Source of the DNA: an uncultured Verrucomicrobiae bacterium
GTDB lineage: Bacteria > Verrucomicrobiota > Verrucomicrobiia > Chthoniobacterales > UBA10450
DNA: 64,000 bases
Reading direction: 5' to 3'
NCBI GenBank assembly: GCA_963834385.1
Contig: CAWIBO010000005.1
Location: 352,001 to 416,000 of the forward strand
Positions 32,190-40,465 of this stretch are shown piece after piece. Position 1 is the stretch's first letter; each line of letters opens with the position of its first letter. The position numbers were made by a program, and so were the translations under genes. The notes below the pieces were generated by a model that worked only from the letters and a program-made list of their open reading frames with translations, was not told the DNA's origin and made no database searches.

Positions 32190-33308
32190 GACGGACGGGT
32201 GCCCCAGAAGATCAGGCCGCCGAGGAGCGCGGCGCAGGGGAGAGTGACAATCCACGAAAGAACGATGTTCCGGATCACGGCGGGATGCGCGCGCCCGGTG
32301 ACGAGGCCGATGCCGAAGAGCGAGCCGACCGAGACATGGGTCGTGGAAACCGGGAGACCGAAAAGGCTGGCGGAGACCACGAGGCAGGCGGTTGAGAGGT
32401 TGGCCGAGAAACCCTGGCCATGGTTCATGCCGGTGACCCGCCGGCTCATGGTGTGGGCGACCTTGCGCGCGTGGAGCAGGCCGCCGACGGCCATGGCGCC
32501 GGCGATGGCGAGAAAGGCGTAACGCAGCTCGAGCCCCTGCCAGAGCAAGAGGAGCGCGGCGATCTTCGGGGTATCGTTCAGGCCCCGGGCAAAGCTGACC
32601 ACGCCTGCGCTGCCAAAGTGCGCCGCGTCCATGGCCTGCTGCGCGCCCAGGCCGAGAAAAGAGCCGGCGTAACGTTCCTGGCAGTTCTCCTGTTCATCGA
32701 CGGTGAGGGAGAGCGGAGGCGCCGGCGTTTGAAACGAAAGAAGCGAGGCAGGCTGCGCCATGGCGACGACCCGTTGTTCCGAGCCCAGACAGACGCACCA
32801 TTCCTTGCCGATGCCGGTCAGGAGCCGGGTGGTGCGGAAGAGGAAATAGATCAGCGCGCCGAGAAGAAGGGCGGCGAGCGGGCTCAGGAGCAGCGGGAGA
32901 ACAAAGCCCTGGCCGAGCGCGGAAAAGTTGAGGGCCGGGCCGACCGCGACCAGTCCGCAGCCGACGATCGCACCGGTCAGGGCGTGGGTGGTGGAAATGG
33001 GAAAACCGGTGCCGGTGGCCAGGATGACCGTCAGCCCGGCGCCGAGAGCGACCGCGAGCACGAAGTATTCCGATCCGACCACCGCCTCCGGCACGAGGCC
33101 TTTGCCGCTGAACTTTTTCAGGAGCGCCTGGGCGAGGAAAATGGAAGCGAGCGAGCCGGCGAAGGTGGTGACGGTGGCCCAGGAGAGGGCGGTGCGATAA
33201 CCGCAGGTGCGGCTGCCGTAGAGGGAGGCCACGCCCTTGAAGTTGTCGTTGGCGCCGTTGCTGTAAGCCAGGAAACAGGTGGCAAGGAAAGAGGCCGGCC
33301 AGGAGCAT
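32186..33308 (-). CDS. Inorganic phosphate transporter (PiT family), frameshift near 33285
   Basis: NGANDNFKG, PISTTHAL, GLNDTPK, PVSTTHVS; N-terminus MLLAGLF in another frame. Confidence 0.88.
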
Positions 33309-33311
33309 CGC

Positions 33312-34190
33312 TCAGGCCCGGTAGGCGCCCTTGAAGAAGAGCCGGTAGACCGCGCCGCCAGCCAGTCCGCCCACCAAAGGTGCGATGATGTAAACCGTGA
33401 GCCAGCCCGCGCCGTTGACGCGGAACGGCACCGAACCCCAGCCGGCCAGGGCGGAAAAGAGACGGGGACCGAAATCACGCGCGGGATTAAGGGCGGCCAT
33501 GGTGAGCGGCCCGAAAAGCGAGATCAACAGGGTAAGGGTGAGCCCGATGGTGGCCGCGGTCAGGATCTGCGGGCGGGTGGCGTTCCGCTCGTCGGTCACG
33601 CAAAAAATCACCAGGACAAGGATGGCCGTGCCGACAACCTCCGCGCCAAAGGCCTGGGCCGAGGTGATCAGGAGGGGCGTGGCCGCGGCGATCGGTTTGC
33701 CGCCCGGGTTCGGGAAGTATTCGCCGAAGACCATGGCGGTGGCCTCGCTCCCGGGTCCGCCGCGCACGATGTCGTTCTTCGCCTCGTAAGCGGCGAGAGC
33801 GTTGTTGAAGATGGCGTAGAGCAGGGCGGCGGCGACAAACGCCCCGAGCAATTGGACCACGACGTAGGGAAGGACAAGGCGCTTCGGGAATCGCGCCCAG
33901 ACCGCCGCCGCGACCGTCACGGCCGGGTTGAAATGCGCGCTGCTGAGCGATCCCGTCAGGTAAATCGCCGTGGCCAGGCCGAGACCCCAGACAATCGCCA
34001 CCTGGAAAATGCCGACCTGCGCCCCGGTGGTGACGGCGGTGCAAAGGCTGCCGCAGCCGAAGAAAACGAGCAGGAACGTTCCGAAAAACTCACCAACAGC
34101 CCATTTCGGGATGCGGGCCTGGGCTACGGCGACGTCGGCGGAAGGATGCGGGGGCGGTTCGGGGCGGGTGGCGCGGATGGTATCGCTCAT
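33312..34190 (-). CDS. MIP family channel, GlpF-type aquaglyceroporin
   Basis: AHFNPAVT and ALNPARDFGPR (NPARD is the glyceroporin signature). Confidence 0.92.
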   Translation of the reverse strand: MSDTIRATRPEPPPHPSADVAVAQARIPKWAVGEFFGTFLLVFFGCGSLCTAVTTGAQVGIFQVAIVWGLGLATAIYLTGSLSSAHFNPAVTVAAAVWARFPKRLVLPYVVVQLLGAFVAAALLYAIFNNALAAYEAKNDIVRGGPGSEATAMVFGEYFPNPGGKPIAAATPLLITSAQAFGAEVVGTAILVLVIFCVTDERNATRPQILTAATIGLTLTLLISLFGPLTMAALNPARDFGPRLFSALAGWGSVPFRVNGAGWLTVYIIAPLVGGLAGGAVYRLFFKGAYRA

Positions 34191-34200
34191 GGCTCTGGTT

Positions 34201-35358
34201 TTAGCAGCAGGCGCCGCCGTCGCAACAACTGCTGTTGGCCTCGGTCGTCACCTTGTAATCCTGCCCCTTGGTTTCCTTCGGATGCCGACGCGCCGTGCGC
34301 GAGCAATCAAACGGCTTGGCCTCGTCCGCGGGCACGGGGTTGATCGGATCGATAAACTCGAAGAACTCCCGGTAAGGCGCCTTGCGGTAGAGGTTGTAAG
34401 TCTTGTCGCAGACGGCGTAACGGCCGCCACGTTCCATCCGGTGATTATCGTCGTCGAGCACCTCGCGGAACGGTCCCTTGTAAATGACCGCCTGGTTCCG
34501 TTCGACGCACGGGCCCTGTTTGCCCTTGAAAGCCTCGATCGTGACCGAGCGGAACTCGATGCCTTCGACCGTCTGCCACGGTTCCCCGTCGCGTTTCAGG
34601 ATCTGGATGCCGTAGAAGCCGGCCTCGCTGAAGGCCTGCAGGAAACCTTCCTCGGTGAGCGCGCCGGAGATGCAGCCGCTCCAGAGGGTGGGATCGTTCT
34701 GGAGATGTGCCGGGACTTCCTCGTCGCACACGATATCCGAGATGACGGCGCGGCCGCCGATGCGCAGGACCCGGAAAATTTCCTGGAAAAGCTGCTGTTT
34801 GGCCGTGGCTTCGACGAGGTTAAGGACACAGTTGGAGACCACCACATCGACCGATTCATTGGCCACGAGCGGATGTTTGACCCGAAGATCCTGGGCGAGC
34901 TCATCGGCGCGGAGGAACGAAGCGGCATCGGTGATCGGGCGCGCCTTCAGTTCCTCGTCGAGACGTTCCAGGTCGAGGGCCAGATCCTGGATCCGGCCTT
35001 TGCGGAACTCGACGTTCCCGTAACCGATCGCCTTGGCCACGGTGGGAGCGTTCCGGCGCGCCACTTCGAGCATGTCATCGGTCATGTCCACCCCGATGAC
35101 CCGGCCCTCGGGGCCGACCACCTGGGCGGCGATGAAACAGATCTTGCCGGTACCGCTCCCGAGATCGAGCACCGTCTCGCCCGGTTGGAGGTAACGGGAA
35201 GGATCGCCGCAGCCATAATCGCGCTCGATCACCTCCTGCGGGATGACCTTGAGAAACTGGGGATCGTAATCGACCGGGCAACAGAGCTGGCTTTCGCGGG
35301 CCTGCGCCCCGGCGGCATAACGTTCGCGAACAGCGGTTTCAGTATTGATCGTTTTCAT
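34201..35358 (-). CDS. arsM: Arsenite S-adenosylmethionine methyltransferase-like protein (long form)
   Basis: LCCP, RDYGCGDP, LDLGSGTG, SNCVLNL, LWSGCISGA; C-terminal SSCCDGGACC; operon with arsS. Confidence 0.85.
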   Translation of the reverse strand: MKTINTETAVRERYAAGAQARESQLCCPVDYDPQFLKVIPQEVIERDYGCGDPSRYLQPGETVLDLGSGTGKICFIAAQVVGPEGRVIGVDMTDDMLEVARRNAPTVAKAIGYGNVEFRKGRIQDLALDLERLDEELKARPITDAASFLRADELAQDLRVKHPLVANESVDVVVSNCVLNLVEATAKQQLFQEIFRVLRIGGRAVISDIVCDEEVPAHLQNDPTLWSGCISGALTEEGFLQAFSEAGFYGIQILKRDGEPWQTVEGIEFRSVTIEAFKGKQGPCVERNQAVIYKGPFREVLDDDNHRMERGGRYAVCDKTYNLYRKAPYREFFEFIDPINPVPADEAKPFDCSRTARRHPKETKGQDYKVTTEANSSCCDGGACC

Positions 35359-35510
35359 GGGCGGCAGGTGGCGGGGTTACCCGGCAGGATAGGCATGGAA
35401 AGGGTTGCGGTGGAGCTTTTTATTCCGGCCGGGGACCGGAAACAGGACGAGAACAGGCACGTCGGGGTTCTACGATCAGCGCCGCCTCCCGGATGCGGGG
35501 GAGGGGGGTG

Positions 35511-35650
35511 GCGAGTCGAAAAGCGTGAATCGTGAATAGTTAATGGTGAATCGTGTAGGAATAGCGCCTCCCCATCGTGCTCCTACTCGTAATCGTGCTC
35601 GTAATCCTCTTCTCCGGTCGATCCTCCATCCTCAACCCTCGATCCTCCCG
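35511..35650. repeat. Mosaic short tandem repeats between arsM and the cassette array
   Basis: (CGTGAAT)n, ctcgtaatcgtgctcgtaatc, (CGATCCT/CCATCCT)n. Confidence 0.7.
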
Positions 35651-35835
35651 CGCGAGCGCCCGCTCGCGCGCCTTTCCCGCTTGTCAGCCGAGAAAGCCCC
35701 GGCTAAAACCGAGCCGCCATGGATCGGGTGAAACCGACGCAGGGAACCGGGGCGCAACCGCAATGAACGCAATGATCGCGTCTTATACTGCGCAATAATT
35801 CGGTCCACTTCTCGTTAGCCTTAACGCACCTCTCC

Positions 35836-36373
35836 ATGCACAGCGCGTTCCTTGACTTTCCACGCGAGCGCACCGAGTTCAGCGACACAAACTACGCTAT
35901 AGTAGGACGCGCTCTTGCCTATGCCACTTCGTTCGAGGCCAGTCTGTCGTGCGTTGAGCAGTCTTCAGCACATTCGTCAGCGAGTCCGAGAGCTGGCCTC
36001 GTCTATCCAAGACGCAGATGAGGCGTTTGCGACTGCCGTCGCGGAGGTATGGGACCAGAGATTACGTCGGCACGCCACACGCATCTTGGAGTATCACGAG
36101 TTTCCGTCCGACATAGCGGACACGGTCAAGCGAGCTAAGTCAGCCAGAAACGAGATCGCGCATGAGATCGCTCTCGGCATTTCCGATACCGTTGAGACCG
36201 ACGCCGGCCGCTACGAACTTTTGTCTATACTATCTCGCCTTGTGCACAGCGTTGCCGAGGGCCATATCGTCGTCGAGCTTACGTCACTCAGCGAGACACA
36301 TAAGTCGTTTCCGACACCACAATTCCTGTCTTCTTATCCCCTACGGATTGTCGAGTGGGTTGCCCAACCATAA
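35836..36373 (+). CDS. Hypothetical protein, putative integron cassette 1 (frameshift near 35945)
   Basis: Joins ORFs 35836..36021 and 35915..36373; lower GC; preceded by GTTAGCC and followed by ATCTAAC. Confidence 0.6.
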
Positions 36374-36381
36374 CGAATGAG

Positions 36382-36421
36382 ATCTAACCAAGAGCTGCAA
36401 CCGAACTGGTTGTCGTTAGGC
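36382..36421 (+). mobile_element. Internally deleted attC site
   Basis: R'' ATCTAAC (36382-88) and R' GTTAGGC (36415-21) only 40 bp end to end; L' box missing. Confidence 0.65.
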
Positions 36422-36438
36422 GTTTTAGCACGCGTCCC

Positions 36439-37197
36439 GTGAAACCCGTCTCAAACGACAAATCCTCTCTGCCGCTCTTTACTCCTGCGCATGGTTTTTG
36501 TGCGTGCGGTTGCGGACGCCCGACAAAGATTATTGCCGGTAGGCACCTCAAATATTTCAGCGTCAAGCATCATCCGAAGTATCCGAACTGTCGACCCAAG
36601 CATCGCTGGATTCTACAGCGACCGCCTAGCCCGCCTCCCGCCTCGTCGCCGACCCCGGAGCCGCGACCCAAAGGGATGCGTGGGCCCATGCCGCGAACCC
36701 CCAAGGCACCCCCCATTCCACCACCAGCGCGAGGGAGCGCGCCTCAAGCGACTAATGATCGGCTTGCAGCGTTGGTTCACCGTATGCAATCCAACCCTGA
36801 ATTCGTCACCGAGCAGCGTCGGTGGCTTGGGGCCAATCAGGCCGGATCGGCACGGAAGTATTTTGCCGAACGCCGAAAGAATGATCCGAACTTCAAACTT
36901 CTGCAAAACCTCCGAGGACGGATCAACGCCGCACTCAAAGGTACCGGCAAGAGCAAGCGTACAATGCATCTAGTCGGGTGCTCAATCGCCGAACTGAAAG
37001 TGCATCTCGAAAAGCAGTTCACTCCCGGAATGAGGTGGTCGAACTACGGTGAGTGGCACGTTGACCATGTCGTGCCATGCCGTTCATTCGACCTTCGTCG
37101 CGCTGACGATCAACACCGCTGTTTTCATTTTACCAATCTCCAGCCGCTTTGGGCCGATGACAATTTTAAGAAGAGCGGCAAACACCCAAATGCCTAA
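36439..37197 (+). CDS. HNH/endonuclease VII-like protein of phage type, integron cassette 2
   Basis: N-terminal CACGCG; LRGRINAALKG...GCSIAELKVHLEKQF...WHVDHVVPC...CFHFTNLQPLWADDN; stop codon lies inside the R'' box. Confidence 0.8.
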   Translation: MKPVSNDKSSLPLFTPAHGFCACGCGRPTKIIAGRHLKYFSVKHHPKYPNCRPKHRWILQRPPSPPPASSPTPEPRPKGMRGPMPRTPKAPPIPPPARGSAPQATNDRLAALVHRMQSNPEFVTEQRRWLGANQAGSARKYFAERRKNDPNFKLLQNLRGRINAALKGTGKSKRTMHLVGCSIAELKVHLEKQFTPGMRWSNYGEWHVDHVVPCRSFDLRRADDQHRCFHFTNLQPLWADDNFKKSGKHPNA

Positions 37198-37351
37198 CCA
37201 ATCGATGGAGCTGACCGCGAGCCGCTCTGCGATCACACTTTCCATGATTCCAACCCCAGCAGTGTTTGCGACGCGCGCTCCCACGCCCGCATCGCTACGC
37301 GAAGCCTTGCGGGCAGGTCGTCCGCCGTCGCTCATCTTGTTCTCGTTAGAT
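37192..37351 (+). mobile_element. Integron attC recombination site
   Basis: R'' GCCTAAC, L'' GATGGAGC, L' GCTCATC (one extrahelical G), R' GTTAGAT; R'' is the exact complement of the cassette start G|TTAGGC at 36415. Confidence 0.85.
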
Positions 37352-37382
37352 CGCAATTCCAACACCGCACCAACCCCACCTC

Positions 37383-37625
37383 ATGATTGATGCCTACACA
37401 AAGTTCGTTCTCACCATCATAGCCATCTCGCTCCTCATCATTGCCGGCCGCGATTTGACTCTCATTCCCCAAGCTCACGCGCAAACAGACAGTGACGACC
37501 TTCTCGATATCAGAGCGTCGAAATCGGCGATCCAAGTCGACATCGTTTCTGTTGCTGGTAGGAGATTTTCGCCCCATGAACGTCGGTCTACCGGCGCGCC
37601 TCCCTGTTATTGGCGACGATCATGA
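37383..37625 (+). CDS. Small exported hypothetical protein (cassette-borne)
   Basis: MIDAYTKFVLTIIAISLLIIA...PQAHAQ signal-like; starts ~30 bp after attC. Confidence 0.55.
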   Translation: MIDAYTKFVLTIIAISLLIIAGRDLTLIPQAHAQTDSDDLLDIRASKSAIQVDIVSVAGRRFSPHERRSTGAPPCYWRRS

Positions 37626-37855
37626 TTAGCAGCTATTACATCGTGCGTGTCGCACGCGTGGATTCGAGGCGTCCCATTCCCGGCGAGTTTCTGGCCTTTC
37701 TTCGCAGCCAGTCCCACTTTCACGAGCTTACTGATACGGACTTCGTCTTTGCAGCGCCGAACGACACACTGGGACTGCGGGAAAAGATCAACACACTTTT
37801 GGGAACTGCGGGGAAGGCAGAAGTCAATGCCATCACATTCGATTCTCGGCCCTAA
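37622..37855 (+). CDS. Small hypothetical protein
   Basis: ATGA overlap with the previous gene; globular-looking composition. Confidence 0.5.
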   Translation: MISSYYIVRVARVDSRRPIPGEFLAFLRSQSHFHELTDTDFVFAAPNDTLGLREKINTLLGTAGKAEVNAITFDSRP

Positions 37856-38069
37856 GCGATTTAACCCATACGAAGAGTGTGAGCGGCTAATTTGGGAAAT
37901 TAGTGATTAGGATGGCGTGTTGGTAGACGTGATCTTTGAAATGCGGTCCCTGCGCTGCACCTGATCAGGAGCAAGGCTGTAATTCACGCTTTCCGTGCCT
38001 GCCATCGTGTATTTATGCTGCGTGGCAGGCACTGAAGCTCACCAGCTGACCTTGTGTCGCATTGAACAC

Positions 38070-38638
38070 ATGCTAGACAAGATTACGCGTCTACTCAGTG
38101 GCGAGTGTCTTCTCGCGCGACGCCCCAATGGAGGAGGCGTTATTCTTGCTCGCTCCATATACGTTTCGGTCATTGTCTACGCGGTGTCACTGATCATTAA
38201 AAGCGGAACAGAACCTGAAGCTATGTTGTCGTTCTCGTTCGCCGAGCTGAAGCGGAACATCAATGAGACTATTCCTTGGGTCGGAACAATCTTTGCCGGC
38301 GTGTATGCGGCTCTCTATACTCGTTATTCCAGCCAGTGGTCCTACCTGGTATCGCTCGGTACAACGAGCTTATGGCGGCAAAAGTGTCTGCCACCCAAGA
38401 CGCCGACCACGTCAACCGCGCCCTAGTAGACTGGCAAGCGGGGTTCGTCTCGGATGCATACACCCTACACTTAGACCGAAAGCCCCTTTTCAGGGGGGTG
38501 ATCGACCACCTTCTGACCAATGAGCAAGTTAAGGCGGAGACTCTAAAAAACTTCGATGGCGAGGACCTTGAGGAGTTTAAGCGTAGACATTTCCCGCAAG
38601 GCGTAGAAACGGACGCGCCTGATCGCCGCGCTGATTAA
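38070..38638 (+). CDS. Hypothetical membrane protein with two TM helices (frameshift near 38355)
   Basis: Joins ORFs 37995..38426 and 38276..38638 at SSQWSYL/ARYNELM. Confidence 0.55.
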
Positions 38639-38682
38639 CTCCGGCGTTCGGAAAAGCGAAGTCTCGCATCGGCGCGAAATCA

Positions 38683-38890
38683 GTGCCAGGCTATCCGCGT
38701 AAAGGCGAAGTTCACTACTGGAAGGAGACTGACGGGCGCTACCTTGGCTATCTCGACGCTTATCCTGATCACTGGACACAAGGTGATGATTTGGAGGACC
38801 TGAGGAAGCATCTCAAGGATCTGTTCGAGACCTTCGGCGCAGAGGACATTCCCGGAATCAAAAAGGAAGAAGAGCTTGAGGTGGCGTTAA
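38683..38890 (+). CDS. HicB-like antitoxin, apparently orphaned; stop codon apparently lost
   Basis: YWKETDGRYLGYLDAYPDHWTQGDDLEDLRKHLKDL...GIKKEEELEVA. Confidence 0.65.
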
Positions 38891-38987
38891 GCGACTTTCT
38901 GGGTGCGGTCGGCCGGGGCTGCCTACCCATTCTCCTGGAGGGCTTCTACCCTTGCTCGGAAAGGAAATGCCACTAAAGTGACACTGT

Positions 38988-39245
38988 ATGAGGACCGAGC
39001 TCGTCACCACCCTGAAGCGCAAGGCTACCGAAATCATCGCTGAGCTGGAAGCAAGCGAGGATCCGGTGCTCATTACGCAGCACGGCAAGCCTGCGGCATA
39101 TCTTATGGCGGTGGACGCCTTTGATGTTCTCAAGCGCCGCCTCGGCATTCTGGAGGGCATCGCTCGCGGCGAACGGGCCCTTGGGGAGGGCCGCGTTGCT
39201 ACCCACGCGGAAGCCAAGAAACGCATGGCGCGATGGCTGCGGTAA
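38988..39245 (+). CDS. Phd/YefM family antitoxin
   Basis: LVTTLKRKATEII, PVLITQHGKPAAYL. Confidence 0.9.
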   Translation: MRTELVTTLKRKATEIIAELEASEDPVLITQHGKPAAYLMAVDAFDVLKRRLGILEGIARGERALGEGRVATHAEAKKRMARWLR

Positions 39246-39556
39246 TCTGGACTGAGCCGGCTCTCCAAGATCTCGACACCATCGCCGATTATATCGCGCT
39301 TGATGACCCGCAGGCGGCGCGAGGTCTTGTTCAACGAGTGTTTCAGCGTGTCGCGCAACTGGTGGGGCAACCCGAGAGCGGTTCACGCCCGCCTGAGATG
39401 CGCAGGTCACGTTACCGTCAACTGGTCGAACCGCCCTGCCGCGTTTTCTACCGCTACGACGGCGCGCAGGTCTTCATCCTTTATGTCATGCGCGGTGAGA
39501 AACGTTTCCGGAAGTCCCGCCTCACCAAGCGGGACCGCGGCAATCAAAACGTCTAG
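39233..39556 (+). CDS. RelE/ParE family toxin
   Basis: VIWTEPALQDLDTIADYIALDDPQAA, PESG, YRQLVEPPCRVFYR; overlaps the antitoxin. Confidence 0.9.
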   Translation: MAAVIWTEPALQDLDTIADYIALDDPQAARGLVQRVFQRVAQLVGQPESGSRPPEMRRSRYRQLVEPPCRVFYRYDGAQVFILYVMRGEKRFRKSRLTKRDRGNQNV

Positions 39557-39666
39557 TCATGCCGCGCGGAAGCTTCCTAGGGACGGTTTTTGCAGGAACG
39601 GAGTTTCTTTCCCACGGGCGTAGTCTGATAGGGTCGCACGGTGAGCTGTTTCACCGCGCACGCCCG

Positions 39667-40449
39667 ATGATCACAACCCCGTCCTGTCATCCGGCGCCGT
39701 CTCTTGTTCCGGAGCAGCGGGCTGCGCCGGCTCGGTGCAAAGTCAGCATCGTGGTTCCGGTCTGGAACGAGGCGGGCCTGATCGGAACGTTTTTGCGGCA
39801 CCTGCGCCGTCGCGCGCCCAGCGCGGAGATCGTGGTGGTGGACGGCGGGAGCACAGACGGGACAAGGGAATTGGCGCGCCTCTGGTGTGATCGTCTCCTG
39901 GTGGTCGAGCGCGGCCGGGGCCGGCAGCTCAATGCCGGGGCGGCCGCTGCGCGCGGGGAGGTGCTTTGGTTTTTGCATGCGGATTCCCAGGTGCCGCCGT
40001 CGCCGCTGCGGGAGATCGAGAAGGTGCTGGCCGATCCAAGGCTGTCGTGGGCGGCTACTTCCGTATCGCGCTTCCGCGCACCCGGGTCGTTTATCGGCTG
40101 ACCGATTCCCTGGCGCATTACGCCGGGCTCCTCCTCCGGATCCGGTGCGGCGATCATGGTTTCTTTTGCCGGCGGGAACTGTTCGACGCCGTGGGCGGGT
40201 TTCCCGAGGTGCCGCTTATGGAAGATGTGGAGTTCTTTCGCGCCCTGCACCGATTTGGGCAGGTGAAAGCGGTCGGCGCCCGCCTGCTCATCAGCCCGCG
40301 CCGGTATGAACAGGTGGGTCGGTGGCGTTTGACTTGCGCCTATGGGTTGATCGCCACGCTCTATGCCCTCGGGGCGCCACTTGGCGTTCCTGCAACGGAT
40401 CTATGCCCGGACCTGCGAACCGGCTGCCCGCCCGCCCGCGCAAGGTTAG
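39667..40449 (+). CDS. Second TIGR04283-type GT2 glycosyltransferase (frameshifts near 40040 and 40380)
   Basis: VSIVVPVWNE, VDGGSTD, GRGRQLNAGA, FLHADS / CGDHGFF, VPLMEDVEF, ISPRRY. Confidence 0.8.
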
Positions 40450-40465
40450 GATTTGCTCTGTCTTT

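Noticed and set aside
35700..35820. attI site or integron integrase remnant
   Set aside because: Only a single GTTAGCC core is visible and there is no tyrosine recombinase ORF; cannot tell attI from a truncated attC
37859..37930. Third attC starting at ATTTAAC
   Set aside because: No convincing L boxes or matching GTTRRRY partner follow
35800..39560. Prophage remnant
   Set aside because: Only one phage-like nuclease; no structural, terminase or integrase genes; attC sites explain the organisation better
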